DNA from: Candidatus Eiseniibacteriota bacterium
Lineage (GTDB): Bacteria > Eisenbacteria > RBG-16-71-46 > CAZEPH01
Assembly: GCA_044229145.1 (NCBI GenBank)
Contig: JBGATO010000004.1
Location: 1-64,000 of the forward strand
Length of the DNA stretch: 64,000 nucleotides
Direction of reading: 5' to 3'
In this document: piece by piece, positions 39,290-47,447 of the stretch
Layout of the letters: each line of letters starts with the position of its first letter
Numbering within the stretch: the stretch's first letter is position 1
Translations under genes and position numbers: made by a program
Notes under the pieces: model-generated
Told to the model about the DNA's origin: nothing
The model's input: the letters and a program-made list of their open reading frames with translations, nothing else
Database searches by the model: none

Positions 39290-40239
39290 TCGTGCGGCGC
39301 CAGCGCCGCGAGCTGCTCGGCGGTGAGCGTCACGCCGTCGCCCGGCTTCACGTTCGCCTCGGCTTGCTGCACGGTGCGGATGCCCGGGATCACCGTGCTC
39401 ACCGCCGGGTGCGAGAGCGTGAAGCGCAGCGCGAGTTCCACCAGCGGCATGCCCGGCGCGATGTGCGCCGCGGTCTCCTTCAGCTTTTCGACCCGCGCCA
39501 CCGTGGCCGCCAGCTTGCCGCCGGCGAAATACTCGCGGCGGAAGTCGTCCTCGTGGAACGTCGTCTCGCGGGTGAACTTGCCGGTGAGCGCGCCTTCCAT
39601 CAACGGCACGCGCACGATGAGTCCGCAGTCGTTGCGCGCGATCGCCGGGAACACGGTGCGCGCCACCCGCGCCTGGAAGATGTTGTAGATGATCTGCACG
39701 CTGTCGATGAGACCGGTGTCGAGCGCGCCGATGATGCACTCTTCGCCGCGGTTCGGCGCCGAGATGCCGATATGCCGCACCTTGCCGCTCTCGCGCAATC
39801 GCCGCACCGATTCCTTCCACTCGTCGCGCGCGTTGAAGGCGCTCGACCACGTGTGGAACTGATAGAGGTCGAGGCTGTCGGTCTTGAGGCGGCGCAAGCT
39901 CGCCTCGACGCTGTCCTCGATGTACGACGACGGGAACACCTCGTCGAGTTCCGCCTGATCGTCGATGTCCCAGATGTAGTGCTTCGGCGCCAGCTTGGTG
40001 GCGACGTACGGCCGCGCGCCGCCGCGCTCGGCGAGCACCTCGCCGATCAGCGCTTCGCTGTGCCCTTCGCCATACACCTGCGCGGTGTCGATGAAGGTGA
40101 CGCCGAGATCGAGTGCGTGGTGCATCGCGCGTTTGGCCTCCGCGTCGTCGAGCGGACCCCACATACTGCCGATCGCCCACGCGCCGTAGCCGACGCTGGA
40201 GACCTGGACCTGCGTCTTGCCGAATCGTCGATGCTGCAT
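39253..40239 (-). CDS. Aldo/keto reductase
   Basis: GYGAWAIG, FIDTAQVYG.GHSE, SLRRLKTD.LDLYQFH, VIPG; SD AAGGAG. Confidence 0.93.
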   Translation of the reverse strand: MQHRRFGKTQVQVSSVGYGAWAIGSMWGPLDDAEAKRAMHHALDLGVTFIDTAQVYGEGHSEALIGEVLAERGGARPYVATKLAPKHYIWDIDDQAELDEVFPSSYIEDSVEASLRRLKTDSLDLYQFHTWSSAFNARDEWKESVRRLRESGKVRHIGISAPNRGEECIIGALDTGLIDSVQIIYNIFQARVARTVFPAIARNDCGLIVRVPLMEGALTGKFTRETTFHEDDFRREYFAGGKLAATVARVEKLKETAAHIAPGMPLVELALRFTLSHPAVSTVIPGIRTVQQAEANVKPGDGVTLTAEQLAALAPHEWDVDLWSLEDA

Positions 40240-40250
40240 CGGAATGCTCC

Positions 40251-42125
40251 TTACGCGGGGGTGTTGGTGGGCGCGGCGGGCCGCGAGGCCGGGGCGCCGA
40301 GCGGACGCACGGCGCACGGGAAGCCGGCGGCGTGCAGCACCGCAGCCCACTGCGCGGCGCGGGCCGCGTGACTGGTGAAGTAGAGGACTTGCCGCGAGGG
40401 CGCGACGCGCCGCGCGAGGTCGGCCACCACGGTCAGCGCGGTGTCGTCGTCGCACGCGGCGAGCGGATCGTCGAGCAGCAACGGCCACCCGTCCTCGTCC
40501 GCCGCGGCGCGCGCGAGGTGGTCGCGCAGCGCGGCGAGTGCGCGTTCGCCGGCCGAGTGCGCGGCACGCGGTACGGCGGCGTCGGCGCCGCGCAAGGCGG
40601 CGTGCAATGCACCGAGCATGTCGCCGTCATCGTCGAGGCCGAGCGTCCGTGCGGTTTCCTGCAGCTGCGCCACCAGCGCGCCGCCGTCGGCGAGCAGCGC
40701 GCTGAGCCGCGCCTTGGTCTCCGACTTGAGCTGCGTGCACGCGTCGAACTCACGCACTGCGGCGAGCCGGCGCCGCGCGCCCGCGGCGAAGGCGCGTGCC
40801 GCGCTCGCCAGCGTCGGCGCCTCGGCCGGCGTCGCGTCGCCGAAGCGCGCCGACGGCTCGACCGAGCGCCATTCCTCCTCCGCGACCTGCCTGCGCCGCG
40901 CCGCATCTTGCGCCGCGCGCTCCAGCGGACCGAACCGCGCCCGGACTTCGGCGGCCCGCGCGAGATCCGCCGCGAGCGAACGCCCCTCCGGCAGGCCGAC
41001 CTGTCGCCCGAGTTCTTCGACGCGCATCTCGATCCGCACCACGCCCGCGGCTTTGGTGCGCATCGTCGCCTTGAGTTCTTCCTCGCGCTCGGCGAGCGAG
41101 CGGTCGCGCTTCCCCGCCGCCACGCCGCGCGCCAGCCATGCGACGCCGCATCCCAGCATCGCCGTGAACCCGACGCCCGCCGACACCGGCAGCGTCAGCG
41201 GGTCGAGGACGCCGTCCGGGATCCAGGCGAAGAGATATGCCGACGCGGCGCCCGCGCCGAGGAGCGCGCCAAGCGTCGTGCCGGCGCCGAACATCGCGCG
41301 ATCGCCGTGACGCCGCTCGATCAGCGCGTGGCGCGCTTCGGTGGCTTTGACCAGCACTTGGCGATCTTCGGCGAGGCCCGCGCGCAGGCGCTCGGTGGAC
41401 TCGGCGGCGCGCTCCAGGAAGCCGCGGTCCTGATCGTCGAACGCGGCGGCGCGGCGCTCGAGGCGCGCGTACCAGTCGGGGTCGTCGCCGGCCGCGCGAG
41501 CGTCGGCGCTGGCGCGCGCGAGGTCGGCCTCGGTGCGCCGTTGGTCGGCGACGGCCGAATCCCACGCCTCCGCGAGGACGTCGGCGCGCAGGATTTGCGC
41601 TTCGGTGACGCCGTCCCAGCGCGCGGTCTCGTCGAGCTGCTTCTGCAGGCGGCGCGACTCCTCGGTGAGCGCGCGGAGGTTGGTGTCTTCGTCACGGCGT
41701 CGAGCTTCGAGCGAAGCCATGCGATCGAGGGCATCGGCGAGGTCGGCACGTTCGGCGTCGGTGAGCGCGGCGCGGTGGGGCGCGAGGCGGTCAGCCTCCG
41801 GCGGCTCGGCGGTCGCCAGGACCCGCGCCCACGCCGCAGCGCCGGCGCGTGCCGACGCGGGGACGTCGTTCGCCGGCCAACCCCACTCGACGCGGCCGTC
41901 GCCGCGCATCAGACCACGGAGCATCACGCGTGGCGCGCGGCCGGCCCCGTCGAGCGGGACGACCGCGTCGCCCGCGAGACCGCGCAGCGCCCAGTCCAGC
42001 GCCTCGCGCAGCGTCGACTTGCCCGCGCCGGTGCCAGCGGTGAACACGGTGAGCCCCTCAGGCGCGGGGTCGAGGGTGAGGTGCACGCCGCGGATGTCGT
42101 CGAGGGTGAGCTGGAGGAGTCTCAT
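40251..42125 (-). CDS. YhaN/AAA_27-like SMC-family coiled-coil ATPase with two central TM segments
   Basis: MRLLQLTL, Walker A GTGAGKSTL, coiled coil, SAGE signature, PLLLDDPL..CD, QVLYFTSH. Confidence 0.72.
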   Translation of the reverse strand: MRLLQLTLDDIRGVHLTLDPAPEGLTVFTAGTGAGKSTLREALDWALRGLAGDAVVPLDGAGRAPRVMLRGLMRGDGRVEWGWPANDVPASARAGAAAWARVLATAEPPEADRLAPHRAALTDAERADLADALDRMASLEARRRDEDTNLRALTEESRRLQKQLDETARWDGVTEAQILRADVLAEAWDSAVADQRRTEADLARASADARAAGDDPDWYARLERRAAAFDDQDRGFLERAAESTERLRAGLAEDRQVLVKATEARHALIERRHGDRAMFGAGTTLGALLGAGAASAYLFAWIPDGVLDPLTLPVSAGVGFTAMLGCGVAWLARGVAAGKRDRSLAEREEELKATMRTKAAGVVRIEMRVEELGRQVGLPEGRSLAADLARAAEVRARFGPLERAAQDAARRRQVAEEEWRSVEPSARFGDATPAEAPTLASAARAFAAGARRRLAAVREFDACTQLKSETKARLSALLADGGALVAQLQETARTLGLDDDGDMLGALHAALRGADAAVPRAAHSAGERALAALRDHLARAAADEDGWPLLLDDPLAACDDDTALTVVADLARRVAPSRQVLYFTSHAARAAQWAAVLHAAGFPCAVRPLGAPASRPAAPTNTPA

Positions 42126-42137
42126 GGGCGCCGAACA

Positions 42138-43487
42138 CTACGCGCCGGACTGCCGCGGATCAACCGCCGCTTGCGCCGACCGCGCCGGGTCCACCGGTGC
42201 CGCTCCCGCTACACCGTCGGCACGCCTCCGCGCGGCGCGCCGGGCCTGCCGGCGAGCCATCCGCAGGGCTTCCTGCCGCGCCCGCCAGAGCGCGGCGCGC
42301 CGCAGTCGCGCATCGCCGTGGAAGCGCCGAAGGAGGGCGAGCGAATAGCGCGTCTCGCGCCACTCCACCGCTCCGCGCGCGATCGTCGCCGTCATCGAGC
42401 GGACGAGCGCGAACGCCGCGCCACACGCGCCGAGCGGCGACCCGAGCGCCGTCCCCCACGGCTCGCCGGCGGCGCGGTACGCCGCCGCCTGGGCCAATGC
42501 CGCGCCCGCCGCGAGCAGGCGCCCGGCGACGGTCCCGCCCGGCGCGCAAACCAGCGCCAGCGGACCGAGGTGCGTCGCCATCAAACCCGCCGCGGCAGCG
42601 AGGCTGAGCGCGACACTGTAGTCGGCCCCGGCGAAGAAGTTCTTGGTGAGGCCGCGCACGGTGTCGCGCACGCCGGCATACCAGCGCACGCGCACCACCC
42701 CGCCGGTGAGGACGACCGCCGAACGCGATCCGCGCACCTTCGCCTCACGCGCCAGCTCGATGTCGTCGACCACCGCAAGCCGCACGCAAGTGTGGCCGCC
42801 AAGGGCGTCGTACAGCTCGCGGCGCAGGAGGTGGAAACCTCCCACTCCGACCGCCGCGCGCGACGCCGGATCGCCGACACGCCACGTGCGCAACCCGAGA
42901 TGGAAGTGCAGCCGGAAGACGCCCATCAGCACCCGCTCGCGCCACGTGTGCAACTCCACGTGGAGGATGCCGGCCAGGTGGTCGAGGTCACGCGAGGCGC
43001 ACAGGGCAATCGCCCGCTCCACCGCGTCCGGGGCGAACACGATGTCCGCGTCGGTGAACAGCAGCCACTGTCCACCGGCCGTCGTCGCCCCGCGGTGGAG
43101 TGCGTGCGTCTTCCCGAGCCATCCGGGAGGCACGGCATCGACCCGCTCGACGCGGAGCCGCGGCTCCACGGCGGCGAGCCGCGCCAAGATCGCCGGGGTC
43201 GCGTCGGTCGAGCGATCGTCCACCACGACGATCTCGTCGAGGCCGCGCACCGCGCACCACGAGCGGGCGGCAGCTTCGAGCGCCGCCGCCTCATTGCGCG
43301 CCGCCACGACCAGGCTGACGGGCCCGCCGCCGCGAACGCTGCAGACCGTCGGCTCCCCGTCGCTCCAGCGCGGGAGCTGCGCCATGCCGCGCCACAGCCG
43401 CGCGGCGACCGACGCCCACGCCACCATCAACGTCGCGGCAACCAACGTGCGCGGCTCGGGCGTGGCGAGAAACACGGCGGTCCACAT
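42138..43487 (-). CDS. GT2 glycosyltransferase (HpnB/CrtQ-like)
   Basis: VVAARNE, VDDRSTDAT, PPGWLGK..AL, LFTDAD, VDDIELA. Confidence 0.88.
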   Translation of the reverse strand: MWTAVFLATPEPRTLVAATLMVAWASVAARLWRGMAQLPRWSDGEPTVCSVRGGGPVSLVVAARNEAAALEAAARSWCAVRGLDEIVVVDDRSTDATPAILARLAAVEPRLRVERVDAVPPGWLGKTHALHRGATTAGGQWLLFTDADIVFAPDAVERAIALCASRDLDHLAGILHVELHTWRERVLMGVFRLHFHLGLRTWRVGDPASRAAVGVGGFHLLRRELYDALGGHTCVRLAVVDDIELAREAKVRGSRSAVVLTGGVVRVRWYAGVRDTVRGLTKNFFAGADYSVALSLAAAAGLMATHLGPLALVCAPGGTVAGRLLAAGAALAQAAAYRAAGEPWGTALGSPLGACGAAFALVRSMTATIARGAVEWRETRYSLALLRRFHGDARLRRAALWRARQEALRMARRQARRAARRRADGVAGAAPVDPARSAQAAVDPRQSGA

Positions 43488-43597
43488 GGTCGCAGTCTAC
43501 CGCAGCCGCCGTCCGGCGTGCTGCGGGCGGCCGAGACCAGATGCCTCGTCGATTCCGGTCCGCCACCCCCGGCAACCCGCGGCACCCCGCCCGGCGG

Positions 43598-43627
43598 TTG
43601 TCACTGGCGCGGGGCCCGGCCTATCAT
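43598..43627 (+). promoter_or_regulatory. Sigma70 promoter for the SOD-family gene
   Basis: TTGTCA-18 nt-TATCAT. Confidence 0.6.
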
Positions 43628-43669
43628 CGCGCCAGCTTTGTTGGAACCACATCCCTTCAGGAGGATCGC

Positions 43670-44287
43670 GTGAGCGAGTACACCGTTCGTGAAGAACTCA
43701 AGCCGAGTGGGCTGTCCGGCATCTCCGACGCCCAGATCGACGACCACTGGGGCCTGTACAAGGGCTACGTCGTCCAGACCAACGCGTTGCGCAAGGAACT
43801 CGCCGACCTGCGCGCCGCCGGCCAGGGCGGTTCGATGGCGTACGCGGACCGTCGCCGCCGCTTCGGCTTCGAGCTGAACGGCATGGTGCTGCACGAATAT
43901 TACTTCGGGAACATGACGCCGAACGGCACGATCGACGCCAACGGCGAATTCGCCCGGCTCGCGCAGGCGGAGTTCGGCGGACTGGACGAGTGGAAGGCCG
44001 ACCTCACCAACGCCGGCAAGACGCGCGGCATCGGCTGGGCGATCACCTACTACGACCCGGCCACCGACAGCATCAACAACCACTTCGTGCAGCTGCACGA
44101 GGACGGCAACGTCGCCGGCTTCGCGCCGCTCGTCGTGCTCGACGTGTTCGAGCACGCGTACATCCTCGACTACAAGGCCGCCGGCCGGCCGACGTACATC
44201 GAGTCGTTCCTCAAGAACTTGAACGGCGCGACGATCGACGCCCGCGTGGCGGCGGCGAAGGCCGGCAAGATCGCGGCGCGCTTCTAG
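43670..44287 (+). CDS. Fe/Mn superoxide dismutase family protein
   Basis: HWGLYKGYV, LHEYYF.N, LDVFEHAY..DY; SD AGGAGG before GTG. Confidence 0.88.
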   Translation: MSEYTVREELKPSGLSGISDAQIDDHWGLYKGYVVQTNALRKELADLRAAGQGGSMAYADRRRRFGFELNGMVLHEYYFGNMTPNGTIDANGEFARLAQAEFGGLDEWKADLTNAGKTRGIGWAITYYDPATDSINNHFVQLHEDGNVAGFAPLVVLDVFEHAYILDYKAAGRPTYIESFLKNLNGATIDARVAAAKAGKIAARF

Positions 44288-44366
44288 GCGCGGTCGCGCA
44301 GAGACTGCACGCGGTGCGGGGCTCGCGCCCTGCACCGCGTTCGCGCATCTGGACCGCCACGCTGGA

Positions 44367-47300
44367 CTAGAACGGCGTGCCCAGCGTAAGCCCCACATAG
44401 TTGCGCACCTCGTTCTTGTGCGGACCGTCGAGCGCCCGCCCGGCGCCCCACTCGAACACCAGCAAGGGCGTGTTGCCACTGTATGCCGACCAGCGCGTCG
44501 CCCATCCCGCGGTAGCGTGCCAGCCGGTGGAGGTTCCGCCCGCCGCGACCCGCCCCGTGTCGAGGAACAGCGCACCCGTGACCGGCCCCGCGCGGAGACC
44601 GAATGCCGACACCGGCAACGACGCGCGCAGCGGAGCCCGGAGTTCCGCGGACGCGAAGGCGAGCCGATTGCCCAGCTCGATGTGGTCCGCGCCGCGCAGT
44701 CGATCCACGGAGGCCAGCCGCTGCCCGTGCCACCCGAACATCGCGAGACCAGGGGCGGTGGCTGGCGTGTCATTCGTGAGGCCGACGATGTCCTGTGGGA
44801 AGGGCGTCCCGCCAATCGCGGCCCATTTGCCCCGGAGCCCGAAGGTGAGCGGTGACGCGGCCCCGCCGATCGGACGCACGGCATACATTTCCGCCATCGC
44901 GCGGCGATAGGAAACGTCGCCCCACACACCACGATCTGCGACGTCCGCTTGCACGCGCACCCCGGTGGCGACACGCGGATGGATCGCGTCGTCGCGCCGC
45001 GGCCGCAGGAAGTGCCAAGTGTAGGCGAGGCTCGCCAGTCCCTCGTCTCCGCGACGCGGGCGCGGGAGTGCCAGCGAATCTACGGTACCGCTGAAGCCAG
45101 GGTGGCGCGTGTGCGCCGTGAGGCTCACCTCGAGAGACGACTGCGATTCCAGCGCCCCCCGGCCGCCAAACGGCAGCTCCACCGCGAAGCGTGGGCCACT
45201 CGCCTCGTCGTACAACAGATGTCCGTCGTAGAAGCGGACCGTCGAAACTGGGTTGCGCACGTCGGCCGAGAGCGACCACGAGCCTTGCCGGAAGGGATGC
45301 GTGTACTCCATCCACGCTCCGACTTCGACGCCGTACGTGAGGTCGAGATAGCCGACCCCTTGAAGCTGGTGCACCGCGAGCGGGTCCGCGAAGCTCCAGA
45401 GTGCGGCAGTCCCCCATGGATAGGGGAGGAAGGTGATGTATTCGCTGCGCATCCCGCGGATCGCCTGGTACGGCCGCGGCGTCACCGCCAGCACGGAGTC
45501 AGGCCGTCCTGGCCCGGGAAAGACCGCCGGCATACGGGACACCCACGCCCCGGCAGACGAATACAGCGCCGATCCACGCGCACCGAACGCCGCCACCGTG
45601 CGCGCAGGGTCGAGTAGCAGCAGGTGAGGCCGCCGTTCACTGCCGAGCGTCGTCGCCAGCACCCGTCCATCGCGGGGGACCACCCCGAAGGCGACGATGC
45701 CCTCGCCGTCGTCGGTCAGTGCCACCGCACGGTCGGAGAATGACAACGGCGTGCCCGCATCGAGTCGCCGCCGCAGCTCGTCGAAGGCGATCGCGGTGCG
45801 GAAGACGTTCGCGGTGCCCCCGCGATACGATGTGAAGTACAGCGTCTGCCCGTCGGCGGACCAAAACGGCGTGCGATCGAGCTCCACGTCGTCCGTGATC
45901 TTCCAGTGTGCGCCGTCGGCGACCCGCACGACGACGATGTCGGCACCGCGCGTGTGGGTCGTGTCGGCCTCGTGCCCTTGCAGGAGGCTGCACGCGATCC
46001 ACTGGCCATCCGGCGACCACGACGGGTGCGACACGACATCCTGGCCGCCGAGGTGCGTGAGACGCCGCGGGGCGCCACCCGCCATGTCGAGGAGTACGAT
46101 GTCCGCCGCCGAATCACCCTGCGCCACGCAGGCGAGAGTGCGGCCATCCGGCGACCAGTCCGGTTCCGACGCCCGCGCGCCCCAGGTCAGCCAGCGCCCA
46201 TGCCTCCCCACGGCGTCGCGCACATACAGATCGAACATCAGTGATCCGTGCGGTCCGCGGTGCATGCGCGACATCACCAACTGCCGCGCATCGGGCGACC
46301 ACGCAAACGTCCGGACGGCGCGACCCCGGGCCTTGTAATCACCCTGCGAGAACGCGTGCACCTCGCGCCAGCGCGGCCGTCGCTCGTCGGTGCGGCGCAC
46401 GAGCAGACTGGCGTCGCGCTGGTCGGCCTCGCGCACCCCGCTGAACGCCACCGCCGACGAGTCCGGCGCGAATGCCGCCCATGTCACCGCGCGTGGCACA
46501 TCCGCGAGCCGCGGTCCGAGCGAATCCGCCGGCGGGCGCACCGCCGCGAAACCCCAGTAGTAGGTCCGCATCGCGCGCCGCCATGTCTCCGACCATTCGG
46601 CCTCACGTATGCCGACACTGGCGCGGAACGCATCGCTCCACCAATACAGGCCAAAGCGGCCACGGTGCCGCGCAAGCGCCACCAGCGCCGAGTCCCCCTT
46701 CTGCCACGCGAGATATTTGACCTTGGCGAAGCCCTCGTCGTGCGGGTCGAGGATGTCGAAGCGGTCGCGATAGACCGCGCCGCGCATCGCCCAATCACTG
46801 CGCGAGACGTCCCAGTATTCGGTGAAGTACTCGGCGACGCCCTCCATGTACCAGGCGGGCGCGCCGGTGGCGAGATACGAGATCAGGCCGCCACGACTGC
46901 GCATCGCGTCGAACGCGACGACGTGCTGGAATTCGTGCGCCACGACGCTGCGCAACCATCCGTGCGATCCGGCAAGGAACGCCGCGTAGTCATTCTGCCG
47001 CACCCAGACGTAGACGCGATCCCACGGCATCGTGAGGCCGTTGACGATGTCATCCTGACGGCTGAGCACCATCTCCGTCTTGCGGCGTGGGCGATGCGCA
47101 AAACTGGTGGTCACTGGCGTATAGACTTGCTCGCCGATCGCCGCGGCCTCGCGTGCCACGCCCTCGAGACCGTCGTGGTAGTACCAGACGAAATGCGGCG
47201 TTTCGAATCTCCACCAGTGCAGTTCGGGATGATGCCGGCCACCGATGTAGTCGAAGGGGTTGAGGGGCGACGGTTTGACCGCCTCGGCGCGCGCGACCGC

Positions 47301-47393
47301 CGTGTGGGCAATCAGCGACGCCCACAGCACCGCGCACACGGTTCGCACCGCGACACGCAACGATCTGGCCCTCGGTTCACCTCTCACGCACAC
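44367..47393 (-). CDS. Metallopeptidase (HExxH) + PD40/TolB propeller + Omp85-like C-terminal barrel
   Basis: ETPHF, VAHEFQH..PAWYMEGVAEY, repeated P.WSPDG, ASAELR.PL, ALFLDTG, terminal aromatic PF*. Confidence 0.75.
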   Translation of the reverse strand: MCVRGEPRARSLRVAVRTVCAVLWASLIAHTAVARAEAVKPSPLNPFDYIGGRHHPELHWWRFETPHFVWYYHDGLEGVAREAAAIGEQVYTPVTTSFAHRPRRKTEMVLSRQDDIVNGLTMPWDRVYVWVRQNDYAAFLAGSHGWLRSVVAHEFQHVVAFDAMRSRGGLISYLATGAPAWYMEGVAEYFTEYWDVSRSDWAMRGAVYRDRFDILDPHDEGFAKVKYLAWQKGDSALVALARHRGRFGLYWWSDAFRASVGIREAEWSETWRRAMRTYYWGFAAVRPPADSLGPRLADVPRAVTWAAFAPDSSAVAFSGVREADQRDASLLVRRTDERRPRWREVHAFSQGDYKARGRAVRTFAWSPDARQLVMSRMHRGPHGSLMFDLYVRDAVGRHGRWLTWGARASEPDWSPDGRTLACVAQGDSAADIVLLDMAGGAPRRLTHLGGQDVVSHPSWSPDGQWIACSLLQGHEADTTHTRGADIVVVRVADGAHWKITDDVELDRTPFWSADGQTLYFTSYRGGTANVFRTAIAFDELRRRLDAGTPLSFSDRAVALTDDGEGIVAFGVVPRDGRVLATTLGSERRPHLLLLDPARTVAAFGARGSALYSSAGAWVSRMPAVFPGPGRPDSVLAVTPRPYQAIRGMRSEYITFLPYPWGTAALWSFADPLAVHQLQGVGYLDLTYGVEVGAWMEYTHPFRQGSWSLSADVRNPVSTVRFYDGHLLYDEASGPRFAVELPFGGRGALESQSSLEVSLTAHTRHPGFSGTVDSLALPRPRRGDEGLASLAYTWHFLRPRRDDAIHPRVATGVRVQADVADRGVWGDVSYRRAMAEMYAVRPIGGAASPLTFGLRGKWAAIGGTPFPQDIVGLTNDTPATAPGLAMFGWHGQRLASVDRLRGADHIELGNRLAFASAELRAPLRASLPVSAFGLRAGPVTGALFLDTGRVAAGGTSTGWHATAGWATRWSAYSGNTPLLVFEWGAGRALDGPHKNEVRNYVGLTLGTPF

Positions 47394-47447
47394 TCCCCCA
47401 TCATCGTCACGAGCAGCGGCACCACAGCAGGGTACGTGCCAGCGCGA

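Noticed and set aside
40251..42125. SMC-like ATPase as a Wadjet or Lamassu defence system
   Set aside because: No jetABD- or Lamassu-type partner genes; architecture fits YhaN.
40113..43673. 1186-aa plus-strand ORF and many similar long ORFs (1718-3694, 19274-21973, 32641-35421, 47943-50408)
   Set aside because: Antisense or off-frame shadows of recognisable genes in high-GC DNA; no domain motifs, unlike the 35.4-kb overlap where each frame has its own domain.
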